Source of the DNA: Octopus bimaculoides
Taxonomy: Eukaryota
DNA: 54,109 nt
Direction of reading: 5' to 3'
Assembly: GCF_001194135.2 (NCBI RefSeq)
Contig: NC_068986.1
Location: 43,758,724 to 43,812,832 of the forward strand
Part shown: positions 38,343 to 52,153 of the stretch, piece after piece
How the letters are laid out: the number at the start of each line of letters is the position of its first letter
How positions within the stretch are numbered: position 1 is the first letter of the stretch
Program-made: the position numbers and the translations under genes
The notes under the pieces: model-generated
The model's input: the letters and a program-made list of their open reading frames with translations, nothing else
Told to the model about the DNA's origin: nothing
Database searches by the model: none

Positions 38343-38731
38343 GGAGGCACAATGGCCCAGTGGTTAAGGCAGCGGACTCGCGGTCATAGGATCGCGGTTT
38401 CGATTCCCAAACCGGTCGTTGTGAGTGTTTATTGAGCGAAAACACCTAAAGCTCCACGAGGCTCCGGCAGGGGATGGTGGCGAACCCTGCTGTACTCTTC
38501 CACCACAACTTTCTCTCACTCTTTCTTCCTGTTTCTGTTGTACCTGTATTTCAAAGGGTCATCCTTGTCACACTGTGTCACGCTGAATCTCCCCGAGAAC
38601 TACATTAAGGGTACATGTGTCTGTGGAGTGCTCAGCCACTTGCACGTTAATTTCACGAGCAGGCTGTTCCGTTGATTGGATCAACTGGAACCCTCGACGT
38701 CGTAAGCGACGGAGTGCCAACAACAACAACA
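38343..38731 (+). mobile_element. tRNA-derived SINE family B, full length, with 12-bp target-site duplication
   Basis: ATTATTCCAGGA at 38331-38342 and 38732-38743; (CAA)n tail. Confidence 0.95.
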
Positions 38732-38761
38732 ATTATTCCAGGAATAAAAAACATTAGTTTC

Positions 38762-38962
38762 AAATTTTCGCACAAGGCCAGCAACTTCGGGAGTAGAGGA
38801 AATTGATTACATTGACTCGAGTGTACAACTGGAACTTATTTCATCGACCCGAAAGAATGAAAGGTAAAGTCACCTCGGCGGAATTTGAACTCAGATCGTA
38901 AAGTCGGAAGAAATGCCACTATGCATTTCGCCCGGTGCGCAAATGATTCTTCCAGCTCACTG
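38762..38962 (-). mobile_element. SINE family C
   Basis: Minus strand gagctggaagaatc...tctgagttcaaattccgccgaggtgactttacctttcattctttcgggtcgatgaaataag. Confidence 0.8.
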
Positions 38963-40768
38963 AGGAATAGAAAATATTTACGTTGCTTATTTTGCATAAT
39001 AGAGGAGATTGATACGTTATCACTAAACGCTGCAATAATTGTTGGATAAGTAAAATTATTGTCTGAAGATGTAAACGATATTATTTGTCATCTCACTTGC
39101 AACATCTCTGTATTTTTGTTTGTCTTTACACACTGGATCCGTGAACTCCAGGCGTTGAGAAAGCAGGGTTTCAATTTACCCTCCTAAATCACGTGGTCAA
39201 GGCCTCATGTCACTACCCAACCTCTTCTAACACCTCCTCCCACATGCACACCATACACACACACACACGCATACACACATACACACACGCATACACATGG
39301 AACAATCGTAAACAATCACCTTCTTTACTCCCTTAGGTCTATTTCTCTTCTCGATAACAACTTATACCCAGAACACTAAATACATTCCGGCCTCGGTAAA
39401 TCTTAGCATGTCGACTAAGCTTAAAATCTAGCAAGATGATATATACAGAAATAAACATACGTTTTTTTTCTGCAGATGTCCTTTTGTGCATCAGTCACTT
39501 CCAGTTCACCAGCCTGGGAGAGTCTGTTGTTTTTATGCCAACAGGGATCATAGTATTCTTTCTGATAACGATTAACATGCTCTTTTCAATCCACCATCAA
39601 CTTCAATATAAAGAACAAGCTTCTATATAATCAACCGGAGTACCATATCCCTTTTGCTTATGACTAAATTATAGAACATATCGAATAACTTTTCACTGTT
39701 CTAAGTGTTCAGTTTTCTCCAAACGTATAGGCTGTAAATATTATAATTATTCTAAATACTAATTCGATTTTTTTTTTGTATTATATTTATATGTCCTCAG
39801 GAGTACAGACATTTTCTACGCATGTTTTTATATCAATTTGAATTTTTTCCCATGCTGTTTAGAGTCATTTCTTGTTCAGTAAGGAAGCCGATGAGAAGAC
39901 TAGTAAACTGTAAACTATCAGAATCTTAAACATCTTCAGAGCTAACAGAAGAGAAGCCAAGACATAACTTCATGGTTCCTTTTATTGAGATATTCTTCAC
40001 TGTCAAAATTACAGCACTTATTGTCTCCTTTACTTTCAATCATGGAGTATTTTTTCCTGGGAAACTCAAATAAAAGTTGTAATAATTAAGCATACTCGTT
40101 GTTGTTCTTAACTCCAGGTCGGTTATCACCATGGTCAAATTCATTCTCTCTGAAGCTATCTTGTTTTGTTTTCCTTTAATATTCATGGCTACATTCTCTA
40201 AAGTGTTCTTCAATTTTTAAGACAGCAGAGAGCGATATCAAGGAGAAAATTGCTGCAATTTCCTGCAGATCGAGCAACGGTTTTCTCATTGGCTCGTGGT
40301 TGCTATAGTCATTGTTGTTGCTCTCCAAAACCAATCTCTTCCAAGCTGACTAACTTCAAACGGCATTCTATTTTTTTCACATGTATCTAAACTGTATTTC
40401 TTCAGTAATTTTTCTTCTTGAAAACAGTACCCTCTTTAACAGAGTATTTAGCTGTAATTTCTTGGAAGTTAATCGAACATGTAGCAGCCCTCTCGTTAGT
40501 TCATCAATGTTGATGCTGCTTGGAGTGGCAACTCTCTGATTTTTTGTTACTCTGTCGACCGAAATTAAGATATTCTGTCTGGAGAAACACGTCAACCATT
40601 TCCAGTAATTAATTTTGATACCGATCAACTGTTTACCATATCTTATGAAAACAAAGGGATTTTGCCTACAGCTACAAAAAAAAACTACGGATAACTTTGT
40701 TTTTCAAATTGTTTTAATTCACAAGTTTGAAATACTATTCCAATCTTCTGTTCTCTTCTTTTTGCGAG

Positions 40769-40880
<112 letters not shown>

Positions 40881-41016
40881 TGTATATGTATATATGAGTG
40901 AGTGTGTGCGTGTGTGTGCATCTGTGTGTGTTGTTCATAAGCTGGGGAAAAACCACACTCAATATGAGAAATATACCAAATATATCTTCATATCGTTGAG
41001 CATATAACTGGTTGGA

Positions 41017-41077
41017 ATGTTACCGTTTGTTTCGCGCCGACTATTGCACGTAGCAATATTGATGACTCTTCAGACAT
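41017..41077 (-). ncRNA. Type-I hammerhead ribozyme motif with complete canonical core
   Basis: Minus strand AUGU-CUGAAGA-GU...UAUUGC(UACGU)GCAAUA...GC-GAAAC-AAACG-GUA-ACAU; proximal helix II partly eroded. Confidence 0.65.
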
Positions 41078-44000
41078 ACTGCCCGAAGCGCATAGCCTTT
41101 TTTATGCTGTAGGTATACATAGACGCTGGCTGACATGGTGTAAGTAAAAAGAACCGAAACGAAACTTAGTAAAGATTATAACATTTTTCGGAAATGAAAA
41201 AGCAGTTACTTCCTATGAATTGATGTCAGCCGCGGTTAAACTGTGTGCGTGTGTACATGTATGTCGTTCTCTATTCCAGAAACGTAGAAGGTCATGGTGT
41301 CAAAACGAATTTTCGATGAGGACAGCATCCAAATATTTTGGGTTTTAAGTTTAGGAAGACCTCCTGATCGTGTAATTTTTTTAAATGCTTCTCCTTTCTG
41401 CCAAGTAAAGGTTGCGATGCCGACTTTCACTTGGTTATTTTCCAGGTTTGTCTTGCCGATTCCAGTTAATTTTGTACGGCGTTTCTTCTGTTATTCGCCA
41501 TAGATAGCTAGCTAACATTGTAACATTGTGCCTCGCTTGTATTCTAGAATGGAATTTGTAATTATCCAGCTTGCCATTAAAGATCAACTTTGCCTTTCAT
41601 CCTTTCGGAGATCGATATAAAAAGGGTAACACTCAAATACTGCTTGATATAATCAACAATTCCAGTCCTCAAAAATTTCTGACCATCATTCCACGTTAGA
41701 AAAGAAATTATTATTTACTGACTTGGTATTCGTATTCTAAACACACTCACATCTAGTCTAAATTTTTAACAGTTAGAATACTCTCTTCAGCAAGTATCTG
41801 CGATATTTTCGTCTCGTATTTGGTTGTTTGATTTTTAGTAATAGTATTACAAAATATCGATCATAGTTACGTGTCCTTGCTGGATATAATTTTTCATATA
41901 ATTTCTATAAAAAAGATATCCTATTACCCACTGCTCAGTAAAAATTAACTTGCATTCTTGGCTCTAAATCGCAACGCTGCTCTGTAACCTCCGACTGTGA
42001 AGTGATATCTCTATCTTCGGTTACTTATTGACGGTAAAGTACAATGATATCAACAACTAGTATTAGAATAACCATAGTTGCTTCAAATTGTAAGGAATAT
42101 CGAAATACTTTAATTCTCACAGGTCTTTTATGCATTTCAGTTAAAATAAAATTTAAAATTTTAAGATATATATTTCATCCCTCCTTTCACTTTAATATAT
42201 TATTTTGTCCATTCTGTGTGTTTGTAAACCCTAAGTATACGCTTATTTTCTTCCTGCTGTATGTACAGGGTTGCGCACGAAAAAGCAGCCTAGGTTCTGT
42301 AGCATAGTGTAAATACAAAAATAAATTTACACACACGAAAAAACGTCCAGCCTTTCGTTTGCGATACATATATTTTAAAAATTAACTTTAGGACGCATAC
42401 AAACCAGTATGGTATTTAGCAAAGCTGTAACTACGAACAGTTACTTTCTTGTGGGCAGTCTACTGTTGCCACGTCAGTTAATATTCAAAATAAAATATCT
42501 CTTTGGTGTACCAATGCATATTAAATCAATATAAAATAGGAATTCTATCAGAATGGCAGCATGTCATAAAATTAATGAAACAGATATTCAGATAAATTGT
42601 CTGCTCAGTATATTCCTAAAACTAAATCCTTTAATATTAGTTGTCTTATTTTTCTTTATTTTAATAATAATTCAGTTGGCTGAAAGTTCGAAATTCCCCA
42701 CTGAATAGATACTTACGCTGAAGGTATATACGGAAAGTATTTCGATTAAAAGCTGTTGCTATTTTAAAAAATTTTAAAGGAAAAAAAAAACAATGTTATT
42801 GAATATTTTTTCGAGTTGTTTAATTTGCAGATTGAAATTTGGAATGTCAGTTGATTTTCGAGGTGGATAGGTCGCTTTAATCTTTTATCTTTCTTGCTCT
42901 TTGTTTTTTTTTATTTTCATTTGTATTCTTAGGTCTCTGGTTTATACGTTTATTGAAAATACACAGTGAGGTAAAGAAAACAGAAAAAGAAAATCGATTT
43001 GCGACTTAATATTTAATTAAAATGCATTCAACAAAAGTTAACCGAGATAAGTCGTGTCTCTCTCCTTGGAACGTGTCTAAGTTTGTAAACGTTAATATTC
43101 AATAGACATAATAATATAGCATACTATCTGCTATTATTACCAGACATCAATTCAATATCTCTACAATAGAATAGTTATTTCAAGCTACAATCCGCCTGAA
43201 CAATTTATTCATTATTTTTTTATTGTCTTCTCTTGCATTGTATTATCTATGAAATGTGTGAAAAGATGGAAGACAAAATTTTAAATAGAAGTGTATTTAC
43301 GTTCAATGTCTGTTGTACTGTCTACCTTCTATATCATACCGTCTCACTTGCATATCAACAACAAAGGCTTCTAATTTGTCTAGCTCAAAGACTTACTTCT
43401 ATACTTCTTTTCCATATTCCTACTGACTCTACTGCTCTTCGAACTCCACTTGCTATATTCTTGATGAATTCTTATTCGACTCACTTCTATATAAAATCAT
43501 CAATCTCTGGATTTCAATATATTTAACACCTCTTGGTCCGATAATCCGTCAATGTCGATATGGATACATCTGAATCGTTTGGTATTTTGAATTGCCTGCA
43601 CATGCATAGGTTGACACGCCGCCCATCTCTTTCTTGTTCTCTTTCTATCTCATCCATTATTCCCATCCATTCTCAATCACCCACTACCACATGCATAAAC
43701 ACATACATACACTCACCGTTGTACACTCACATATCAATACTTTCACCGCCTCTATAGCCACTGAATGGTTTTACCATAATCTAATCGAAACTACGAACTT
43801 CACAAGATTCTACCAAACTACTCATATACCTTGAATCCTCACCATTACCATCTGGGAGACTTTTACTCCACTGTTTATTGATTGCAATGACACTACAAAT
43901 ATCCTATTGCTGCTCATGCCAAAGAAACAGTTTGGCACCGCACCTCCGTTTACACATGAATAGCACACAATCAACTAAATTCTACACTTAACAATCACTG

Positions 44001-44349
44001 GTGTTCTTTCAATGATGACTAAACATATATAATACAGCTGATTTGCATCAAAGTTTAGACTTCCTGTTTTGTAGGGGGAAAACTTCGGTTCAAACTAGTT
44101 GCTGATCATCTACAAGGGACAAATACGATATATTAGTACTTCTTACCATAAAATATATCTAGCTTACAGGCAAATATTCTCTCAAGAACATACTAAACAA
44201 CAGACGAACTATTTATTATTTCTATATTTTCTTTAATTATTTTGACAGCTTTATCCTCTTAGCAGTCTGCATACCACTTCCGTTGAAAACTAGCCAAAGT
44301 ATTAAATATTTCTGCTCTTGTCATCCCTACCGTGTCATATTCAGCAAAT

Positions 44350-44500
44350 TCTACACTAAACTTTGTCTTATAATTTATTCTCAGAACTACAATACTCTGG
44401 AACTCACTCCTGTCCTCTCCATTTCTTCCTAAATCAACAATCTAGACAAATTCAAACCAAACAATAGCCACACCGATTCCACCAAATATGATGCACACCA
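44350..44500 (+). mobile_element. CR1/L2-type LINE extreme C-terminal scrap
   Basis: FILRTTILWNSLL resembles the FFPRTxxLWNSLP terminal motif. Confidence 0.4.
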
Positions 44501-46100
44501 ACTTTCTTCAATTAAATACAAAGACTTATAGCTTTAACTAAAATAGAAATATTTTCAGGTCATCGACTACTCTAACGGTAATGATGTCGTTGCCAAAATA
44601 GAATTTTAATGTCTTGGCAATTCTATATCCTGCATAATTTCCGAGATATTTTGGTTATTAATTGCTGTAAAGTCTTTCTAATTGGAGGGAAATTAGAAAC
44701 AAAATTCTATGATTCTAAGTAAAACGGTAAACTTTTCAAATAGCCAATTACTCTAATTAAATGATGTAGTTGGAAAAATATAGAATCTCAATATCTTGAT
44801 AATTCTATATTATTTAAATACACTATGGTGTCACTATATTATTTAAAAATGGATTGGACAGAAATTAGAAAAAAATTAGTACTACTTCATATTAGTAAAT
44901 AATTATATCATTATAATAATCTCAAAATCAGGAAAACAGAAATTTCTCTGTTATCCATTTTGACAAATTGTCTTTTAACAGAGCATAAAGATGGAAACCG
45001 AAGTTTACTCACCTACCCTCTGCTTTTTTCTGATTTTATAGCAGAAAGTAATGGGGAAAGACAAAAGTGCTTTGGTGACTGAAAAGACTTTCAGACGGAC
45101 AAAGCAATTCAGCCATACAATAAGTGAAGATGAGAGTCTAGTTTCTACTGTTTTCTGCATGATATTATACTGAAATATAACACCTGGACATGAGCTATTT
45201 TAATTGTGAGACTTGTATACAAACTGTAGTTATTTAATCTATGTACAAGATTATTTATAGCTTGAGATCTAATCAATACACAATGATAATAATTTTCGTG
45301 CTCTTGATATGAGTATTGCAAATGATGTTGCATTTTTAGGCTGCTTATTTTTTTTTAATCATTATATCCGTTGCTAAAATCGGAGGAAATGTGAAATAGT
45401 TGTGTACAGCTTAAGGGGGCAATGTCTGCAGTATCCAAATTTAAAGTTTCAAGCTCTTTGTAACTATCAGGATTTGAACAAGATTGGGAAAAGATGACAA
45501 TCTGTTCTGTCGGACTTTTTAATGATATTGTCAAACTACCGCAATTTATTGAGCCAGAACTGATTCTAATTCGGGCACAAGGCCAGCGTTTTTAGGAATA
45601 GAGGCTTAGTCACTTAAATCAACACTAATACTTGACTGCTGCTCTATTTTTATCAAGCCCGAAAGGATGAAAGAAAACGTTAGCCTCTGCGGATCTTCAA
45701 CGTAGAAAATCCTAAACAAATGGATGCAAGCTATTTTGTCCGATGCTTAAAGATTCTGATAATCCACGGCTCTTTATTATATGTAGTTATAGACTTATAC
45801 ATTCAAGACTTGTTGAAAGGGTACTACTGTCATAAAAGAAGTAAATATGTTTGAATTAGGAAAGGAAACAGTATCGCGGACCCATCGTGTTAAAACTTAG
45901 TGCGACACTACGACAATTGTACTGTGTTATAAATATACTTTCTGGAGTTTTTTATTGTGCATATCTTATAATATTGCAAATGGGTGTAATGCTATGTTAC
46001 ACTATACTGCAATTTTTTTTGTATTCCTGTATTCAAATAAGCATGAAACCTAATCTAAATACTATTAAAAACAACCCAAAAGGTTAGTTCTAATAATCCT

Positions 46101-46268
46101 TTCTAATATAGGCACAAGGCATGAAATTTGTGGGGAGCGGGTAAGTCGATCACATCGACCCCGAAAGGATTAAAAGCAAAGCTGACCTCGGCGGAATTTG
46201 AACTCAGAACGTAGAAACGGGTTAAGTATTTCGTTCAGCGTGCTAACGATTCTGCCAGCTCTCCGCCT
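46101..46268 (-). mobile_element. SINE family C, internally deleted
   Basis: gacctcggcggaatttgaactcagaacg...gctaacgattctgccagct. Confidence 0.8.
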
Positions 46269-46474
46269 TATGGTTAGATCTAATGATACTTCCACATTTT
46301 TTCCAATGGCATACTGTTGGTTTCAAACTTGAAGTAAAACCTACTTGCATACTCGGCTCATCAAGAGCCTGCTGCCAGACTATGTACCCTTTTATTATAG
46401 CATTAAAAATCTTCATCAAGTACATGCATTAAGTAAAGAAACTAAATGACAGATTACATAAATAATAGAGGAGT

Positions 46475-46547
46475 AGGCTGGTGGTGCCACGTAAAGTTGT
46501 AAGCTAGTGATGCCACATAAAGTTATAGGCTGGTGATGCCTCATAAA
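46475..46547 (+). repeat. 26-bp minisatellite, ~2.8 copies
   Basis: aggctggtggtgccacgtaaagttgt / aagctagtgatgccacataaagttat / aggctggtgatgcctcataaa. Confidence 0.85.
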
Positions 46548-47746
46548 TCAATATTTGGAGCTGAAGATAATAAAAAAATTTTATCCCTGCAGGTAAATGT
46601 AATTTATAGCCTACTTCAATCTATTGAAGAAATTTTGTAAGTTCAGTTGAAACAATATTAACATCTGCTACAAGACTATTCATAATACATTTATGAGGTT
46701 AAAAGTGCATGTAGTACGGTTCAATTTACGACGTATTCATACACGGAGAGAAAGATCATCAACGACATCTCACGTGATTAAATTGAACCTTTAGTATTTA
46801 TTCAGAAAAAAAGATTAGATGCTAAACGAAGATTACTTATGAGAGTGATTCAAACAACCCTTCGTGTTTCTATATATGTTATTATATATCCTTTCATCAA
46901 GCAAACATGATCGAACGTTTTCTAGAAATGGTTAACTTTTCTTCCTTTCCAACCATACAACAAGGTGCTGAACATTTCCTGATCTTGAGTAAAAGAAAAT
47001 ACATGAAGATCAGTTAATTATGATTTTCTTCAAACGTATTCCTTTCAGATCCACACACTTCAGCTTTTCTAAGTCATGTAAAATAATTCGGAGGGTTGGG
47101 TTTTTCACGAGATCCTTAAAACGAGGAACTTTGCAGCATTCCCTTGTATATATATATATATATATNNNNNNNNNNNNNNNNNNNNNNNNNNNNNNNNNNN
47201 NNNNNNNNNNNNNNNNNNNNNNNNNNNNNNNNNNNNNNNNNNNNNNNNNNNNNNNNNNNNNNNNNNNNNNNNNNNNNNNNNNNNNNNNNNNNNNNNNNNN
47301 NNNNNNNNNNNNNNNNNNNNNNNNNNNNNNNNNNNNNNNNNNNNNNNNNNNNNNNNNNNNNNNNNNNNNNNNNNNNNNNNNNNNNNNNNNNNNNNNNNNN
47401 NNNNNNNNNNNNNNNNNNNNNNNNNNNNNNNNNNNNNNNNNNNNNNNNNNNNNNNNNNNNNNNNNNNNNNNNNNNNNNNNNNNNNNNNNNNNNNNNNNNN
47501 NNNNNNNNNNNNNNNNNNNNNNNNNNNNNNNNNCGACTGTATTACCTTTACACTAGCGAACCAGCTTCCCGCCTTCTGTCAAATTTAAGAACTATTTTAG
47601 TTCGTATTTGTTTTTATGTAAACAAACTTTCTATATATGCTTTTGGTGCGAATGGTTTTGTTATGTGTTGCCGTATTTTTACAATCCAGTAAATAATAAT
47701 AATGGTATTTTTATATAAGCTTAAAGCTTATGGCGATCACCGAGCA

Positions 47747-47783
<37 letters not shown>

Positions 47784-47785
47784 TA

Positions 47786-47998
47786 CGATGGGTGCTGAAA
47801 AGTTCCTGCCTTTGAGTAAAAGAAAAACAGAAGGATCAGTTATGATTTTATTCAAATATTTTCCCAGATCAGATTAATACACTTATTGCAGCGGTCCTTA
47901 AGTTTTTTCAAAGCCGTGTAAAAGGATCCGGGACATTGATCCTCCAGCCAGGCCTTTCGCAATACCCTAAATGCCAAGAACGTTTCAGCACCCCCTCG
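47786..47998. mobile_element. Mariner-type MITE (~213 bp) flanked by TA; diverged partial copy at ~46955-47130
   Basis: TA-CGATGGGTGCTGAAAAGTTC ... GAACGTTTCAGCACCCCCTCG-TA. Confidence 0.8.
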
Positions 47999-48215
47999 TA
48001 GTATACCTCTGATTACATTCTCTAAAATGTCAATTTTTAAGGCAGTAAGGTAATTTTTTTAAAGTTTATTTAACCACTATTTTTAGCACTTGGAATGACC
48101 ACGTAGACGCTTGCTCATTGTCTCATATATGTGCCTTATCGTAAACTTAAAACAGCATAAATGAATTATTAACACCTTTGTGACTTTTGGGCCATTTGTA
48201 TTTAGAGTTTTGTCA

Positions 48216-48425
48216 AGGTGGAAACGTGGCATAATTGTTAGCACGCAGAACAAAATGCTTCAAAGCATTTCGTCTATCTTTGCATTCTTAGTTCTAATTC
48301 CGCGGAAATCAACTTTGCTTTTCATCCCTTCAGGGCAGATGAAATAAGTATCAGTAGAGCACTGTTTCGATTTAATCCATTAGCTCCTTTCCCAAAATTT
48401 CAAGCCTTCTTTCCTATAGCAGAAA
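48216..48425 (+). mobile_element. SINE family C, diverged
   Basis: ttagttctaattccgcggaaatcaactttgcttttcatcccttcagggcagatgaaataagta. Confidence 0.7.
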
Positions 48426-49435
48426 GAATATTTAGTCTTTTGGTATATGAATAATTTTGAGATAAGATTTCTTCTTTAGATATATGTAGGGGAAAAATGT
48501 AGAATGGTTTTGGCAGAAATGCAACATCATATAGTGCATAACTAGCTTTTAGTTATTTTTTAAATGCAATTACGTATTTCCTTAAATCTACCTCATCACG
48601 GAAGTTGACTGCCAGTTTCATTTTCTGAAGTAGGCGTATGTGATTCAATATATTTCCCAATGAAGGATGGGGAGGGATTTAATATTCTGGGGTCGATTTA
48701 ATATTCTTATAAAATATACGTAGTGCGAATGGAATTATTATATTGTATTATTATTATATTGTATATTATTATATTAAACCAGTTAATAGGAAACTTGGCT
48801 TCTGACACTTCCTTCGCTTTCACGTTTTCAACTTTCCATAATCATCTAAACAGATAATTAATTTTTTTTTTTTTTTTTTTCATAATCATGACATTTTCTA
48901 TTAAAATGATTTTCTATTGTTTTAGTTTTCTGTTTAAAATAAATTGATCTTTGAAAACATTCTTGTTTGTATTTATACAATCATTTATATGTACATTTCA
49001 TCAGAAAACGGTATATGTCCATTCAAACTCGGTATAAAAGAGAAGAATATGGAATATGACATCAATGAAATTAAATTGAAAATGCTGCACATTTGTAACT
49101 CTTTTGCTTGTACATATATATANNNNNNNNNNNNNNNNNNNNNNNNNNNNNNNNNNNNNNNNNNNNNNNNNNNNNNNNNNNNNNNNNNNNNNNNNNNNNN
49201 NNNNNNNNNNNNNNNNNNNNNNNNNNNNNNNNNNNNNNNNNNNNNNNNNNNNNNNNNNNNNNNNNNNNNNNNNNNNNNNNNNNNNNNNNNNNNNNNNNNN
49301 NNNNNNNNNNNNNNNNNNNNNNNNNNNNNNNNNNNNNNNNNNNNNNNNNNNNNNNNNNNNNNNNNNNNNNNNNNNNNNNNNNNNNNNNNNNNNNNNNNNN
49401 NNNNNNNNNNNNNNNNNNNNNNNNNNNNNNNNNNN

Positions 49436-49470
<35 letters not shown>

Positions 49471-49695
49471 GATATATATATATAATATGTATATATATAT
49501 ATAATATAATATGTATACATATATAATATAATATGTATATATATAATATATGTATATATATATATATATAATATGTATATATATATAATATAATATAATA
49601 TATACATATATAATATATGTATATATATATAATATAATATGTGTATATATATGTGTGTACACATGTATATATATATATATATATACATATATATC

Positions 49696-49757
<62 letters not shown>

Positions 49758-49819
49758 AGAGAGAGAGGGAGAGAGAGAGTGTGTGTGTGTGTGTGAGTTT
49801 GAAGTGATGTACAAATGTA

Positions 49820-50483
49820 TATTTAGAATAAGGTAGTCAAAATGTTGGATGATTATATATATATATTTATTTATTTATTTACATCTTATTTACATTTTAC
49901 ATCGGATTTATCAAAAACTAGTTCAAATTTAGATTTCTTAGCCTTTTTATAAAGAATTTTCTGGAGTTTACCAAGCAAGGGAGGACAAAGAAAAAGTATT
50001 TTTAAGAAGGGGTGAGGTAAAGGGGCGTGGCTTTTGTATGGTCAGAGTTGTTTGTTTAGTATTTAGTAGCCTTTTAAGGTGGGGGAGGAAAAAGAAGAGA
50101 AAGGAAAAAGAATTTTTGTATTTGAACTGGTCAAAAAACATCTGGTTTTTCAATTAAAACCTTGCCCAATTCAAATACAAAATTTCTTTTTCCTTTCTCT
50201 TCTTTTTCCTCCCCCACCTGAAAAGGCCACTAAATACTAAACAAACAACTCTGACCATACAAAATCCATGCCTCTTTACCTACCACCCCCCTCCTTAAAA
50301 AAAACTTTCTTTCTTCTCCCTTGCTTGGCAAACCCCAGAAAATTCTTTATAAAAGATATCTAAATTTGAACCCTTTTAAAATAAATCCGATAACGGAAGA
50401 AAGCGCTAAAAATGTAAATAATATGTAAATAAATAGAAATATATATATATAAACTCCAACATTCTGACTACCTTATTATTCTA

Positions 50484-50485
<2 letters not shown>
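49820..50485. repeat. Long inverted repeat (~310-320-bp arms, 28-bp spacer)
   Basis: ~49824-50133 is the reverse complement of ~50162-50483, e.g. ggtcagagttgtttgtttagtatttag / ctaaatactaaacaaacaactctgacc. Confidence 0.9.
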
Positions 50486-50526
<41 letters not shown>

Positions 50527-50700
50527 GTATATATGAATTAGACATTAGACAACCATCTAAGGGATGATAAATATCCAATATACTACTAGAGGTATTCTTA
50601 TTTATATCTAAATACTCACTGTCGCAAGGCAACAATTGAATAATAGGTATAATTAGAGGTAAACAAAAGTTTATTCAGAATTTATAAGGCAGGGAAGAAA

Positions 50701-50873
50701 ATGGAGAAGATATTTAATTGATAAATATCAGCAAGATTCATTTATTAATTGCAATCATAGAAGTAAATAAATAAATACAACTCTACTTTTACAGCTATTT
50801 CTACTTTTGCGGTCCAGCATGCCAAAGTTGACACATCATACAAAAATTATGCAAAAATTGAACCCCAAAGCTT
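50701..50873 (+). mobile_element. Decayed fragment, probably PLE linker region; inverted copy at 53462-53628
   Basis: Reverse-complement match between the two; LIDKY...SMPKLTHH resembles the PLE LIDKHF...SYSCMP linker. Confidence 0.5.
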
Positions 50874-51994
50874 CCACAGAGCATCCATAGTGGTAAGAAT
50901 TAAAAAAGTAAAAAAGTAAAGTCCAAGTTTATATCCAGAAGTTGTGAGACCACATCTTATTTCTATTTGATGGGTTAATGGGATGATCCTTATAACAGGG
51001 GTCATTAGAAACTAAAAACTATGCAATAGAATAGTAATAAAATTTAGTTAGGGTAAACAGAGTTGGGGAATCATTACGTACTTATATCAATACAATAAAG
51101 AAATAATTTGAGTATAAATTAAGTGTGATGTTATTATTTCTCACAAAAGAATGTCATTCTAGTACCCTTATGATAAGTGGTGTAAAAACCAGTGTCAATC
51201 CTACAACGTAATTGATCAGCTCATATTTAAAAACAACAGCGTTCTATCGGGTCCGTTAAAACTAATCAATAAAATACAAAACAAATTTTTTTAAATATTC
51301 AAGGAAAATTAAAGAAGAAATTGTCTAAGAGGCCTTAAATACTAAGGGAGATAATAAAAATAAATTTTATGGAGAAGAATCTGTTATTATGTTATGAATA
51401 CTTCTAAGATAATTTACTAATTGAAAAAATAATTATCTAACCGAAAAAATTTTCATTTTTGTGAAATATAGCTAAAGGGAGGTAACTGTGCAAAACATTT
51501 AAACATTAAAATATACGAAAAGCTATTGGTTTTTACCAACAACTCCCCAAAAACTATAATTTTTAATGTTAATATAAATAAGATTTTAAAATAAATACCT
51601 AGTAATAAAATATAAAATATGATATATATGAGTACTTGGTAAAATATTACAATATACGAAAGATATTAAAATATACGAGAAATATTTAAATATTAAAATT
51701 TACGAAAAACATATGAATACTTGGTAATTATGTAAGGAAAATAGGTATTATAGTCTTTCATTAAAAACTTTCATTTAAAAAACTGTATGGTTTACTATAT
51801 GCATGCACTTACATCACTAAATGTATATAGGTAAATATTTATAAATACGAACAAATATATGTGTTTGCACAAACGTTCTGAAGATTTTATCTCTATATAT
51901 ACACGCATATTCACACATACACACTACGTATACACACACTTACACACATACTCACATATACTCACACAAACATTATATCCGCATATATATATAC

Positions 51995-52041
<47 letters not shown>

Positions 52042-52118
52042 AATATATATATATACATATATACATATACACACACATTACATCCGTATATATATATACA
52101 TACATATATATCCACATC

Positions 52119-52153
<35 letters not shown>

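Noticed and set aside
40100-40640. Possible Tc1 transposase remnant on the minus strand
   Set aside because: Only vague similarity (WKRLVL); no catalytic motif or TIR found.
46475-46547. 26-bp repeats as a possible CRISPR array
   Set aside because: Head-to-tail tandem units with no unique spacers, in eukaryotic context with no cas genes.
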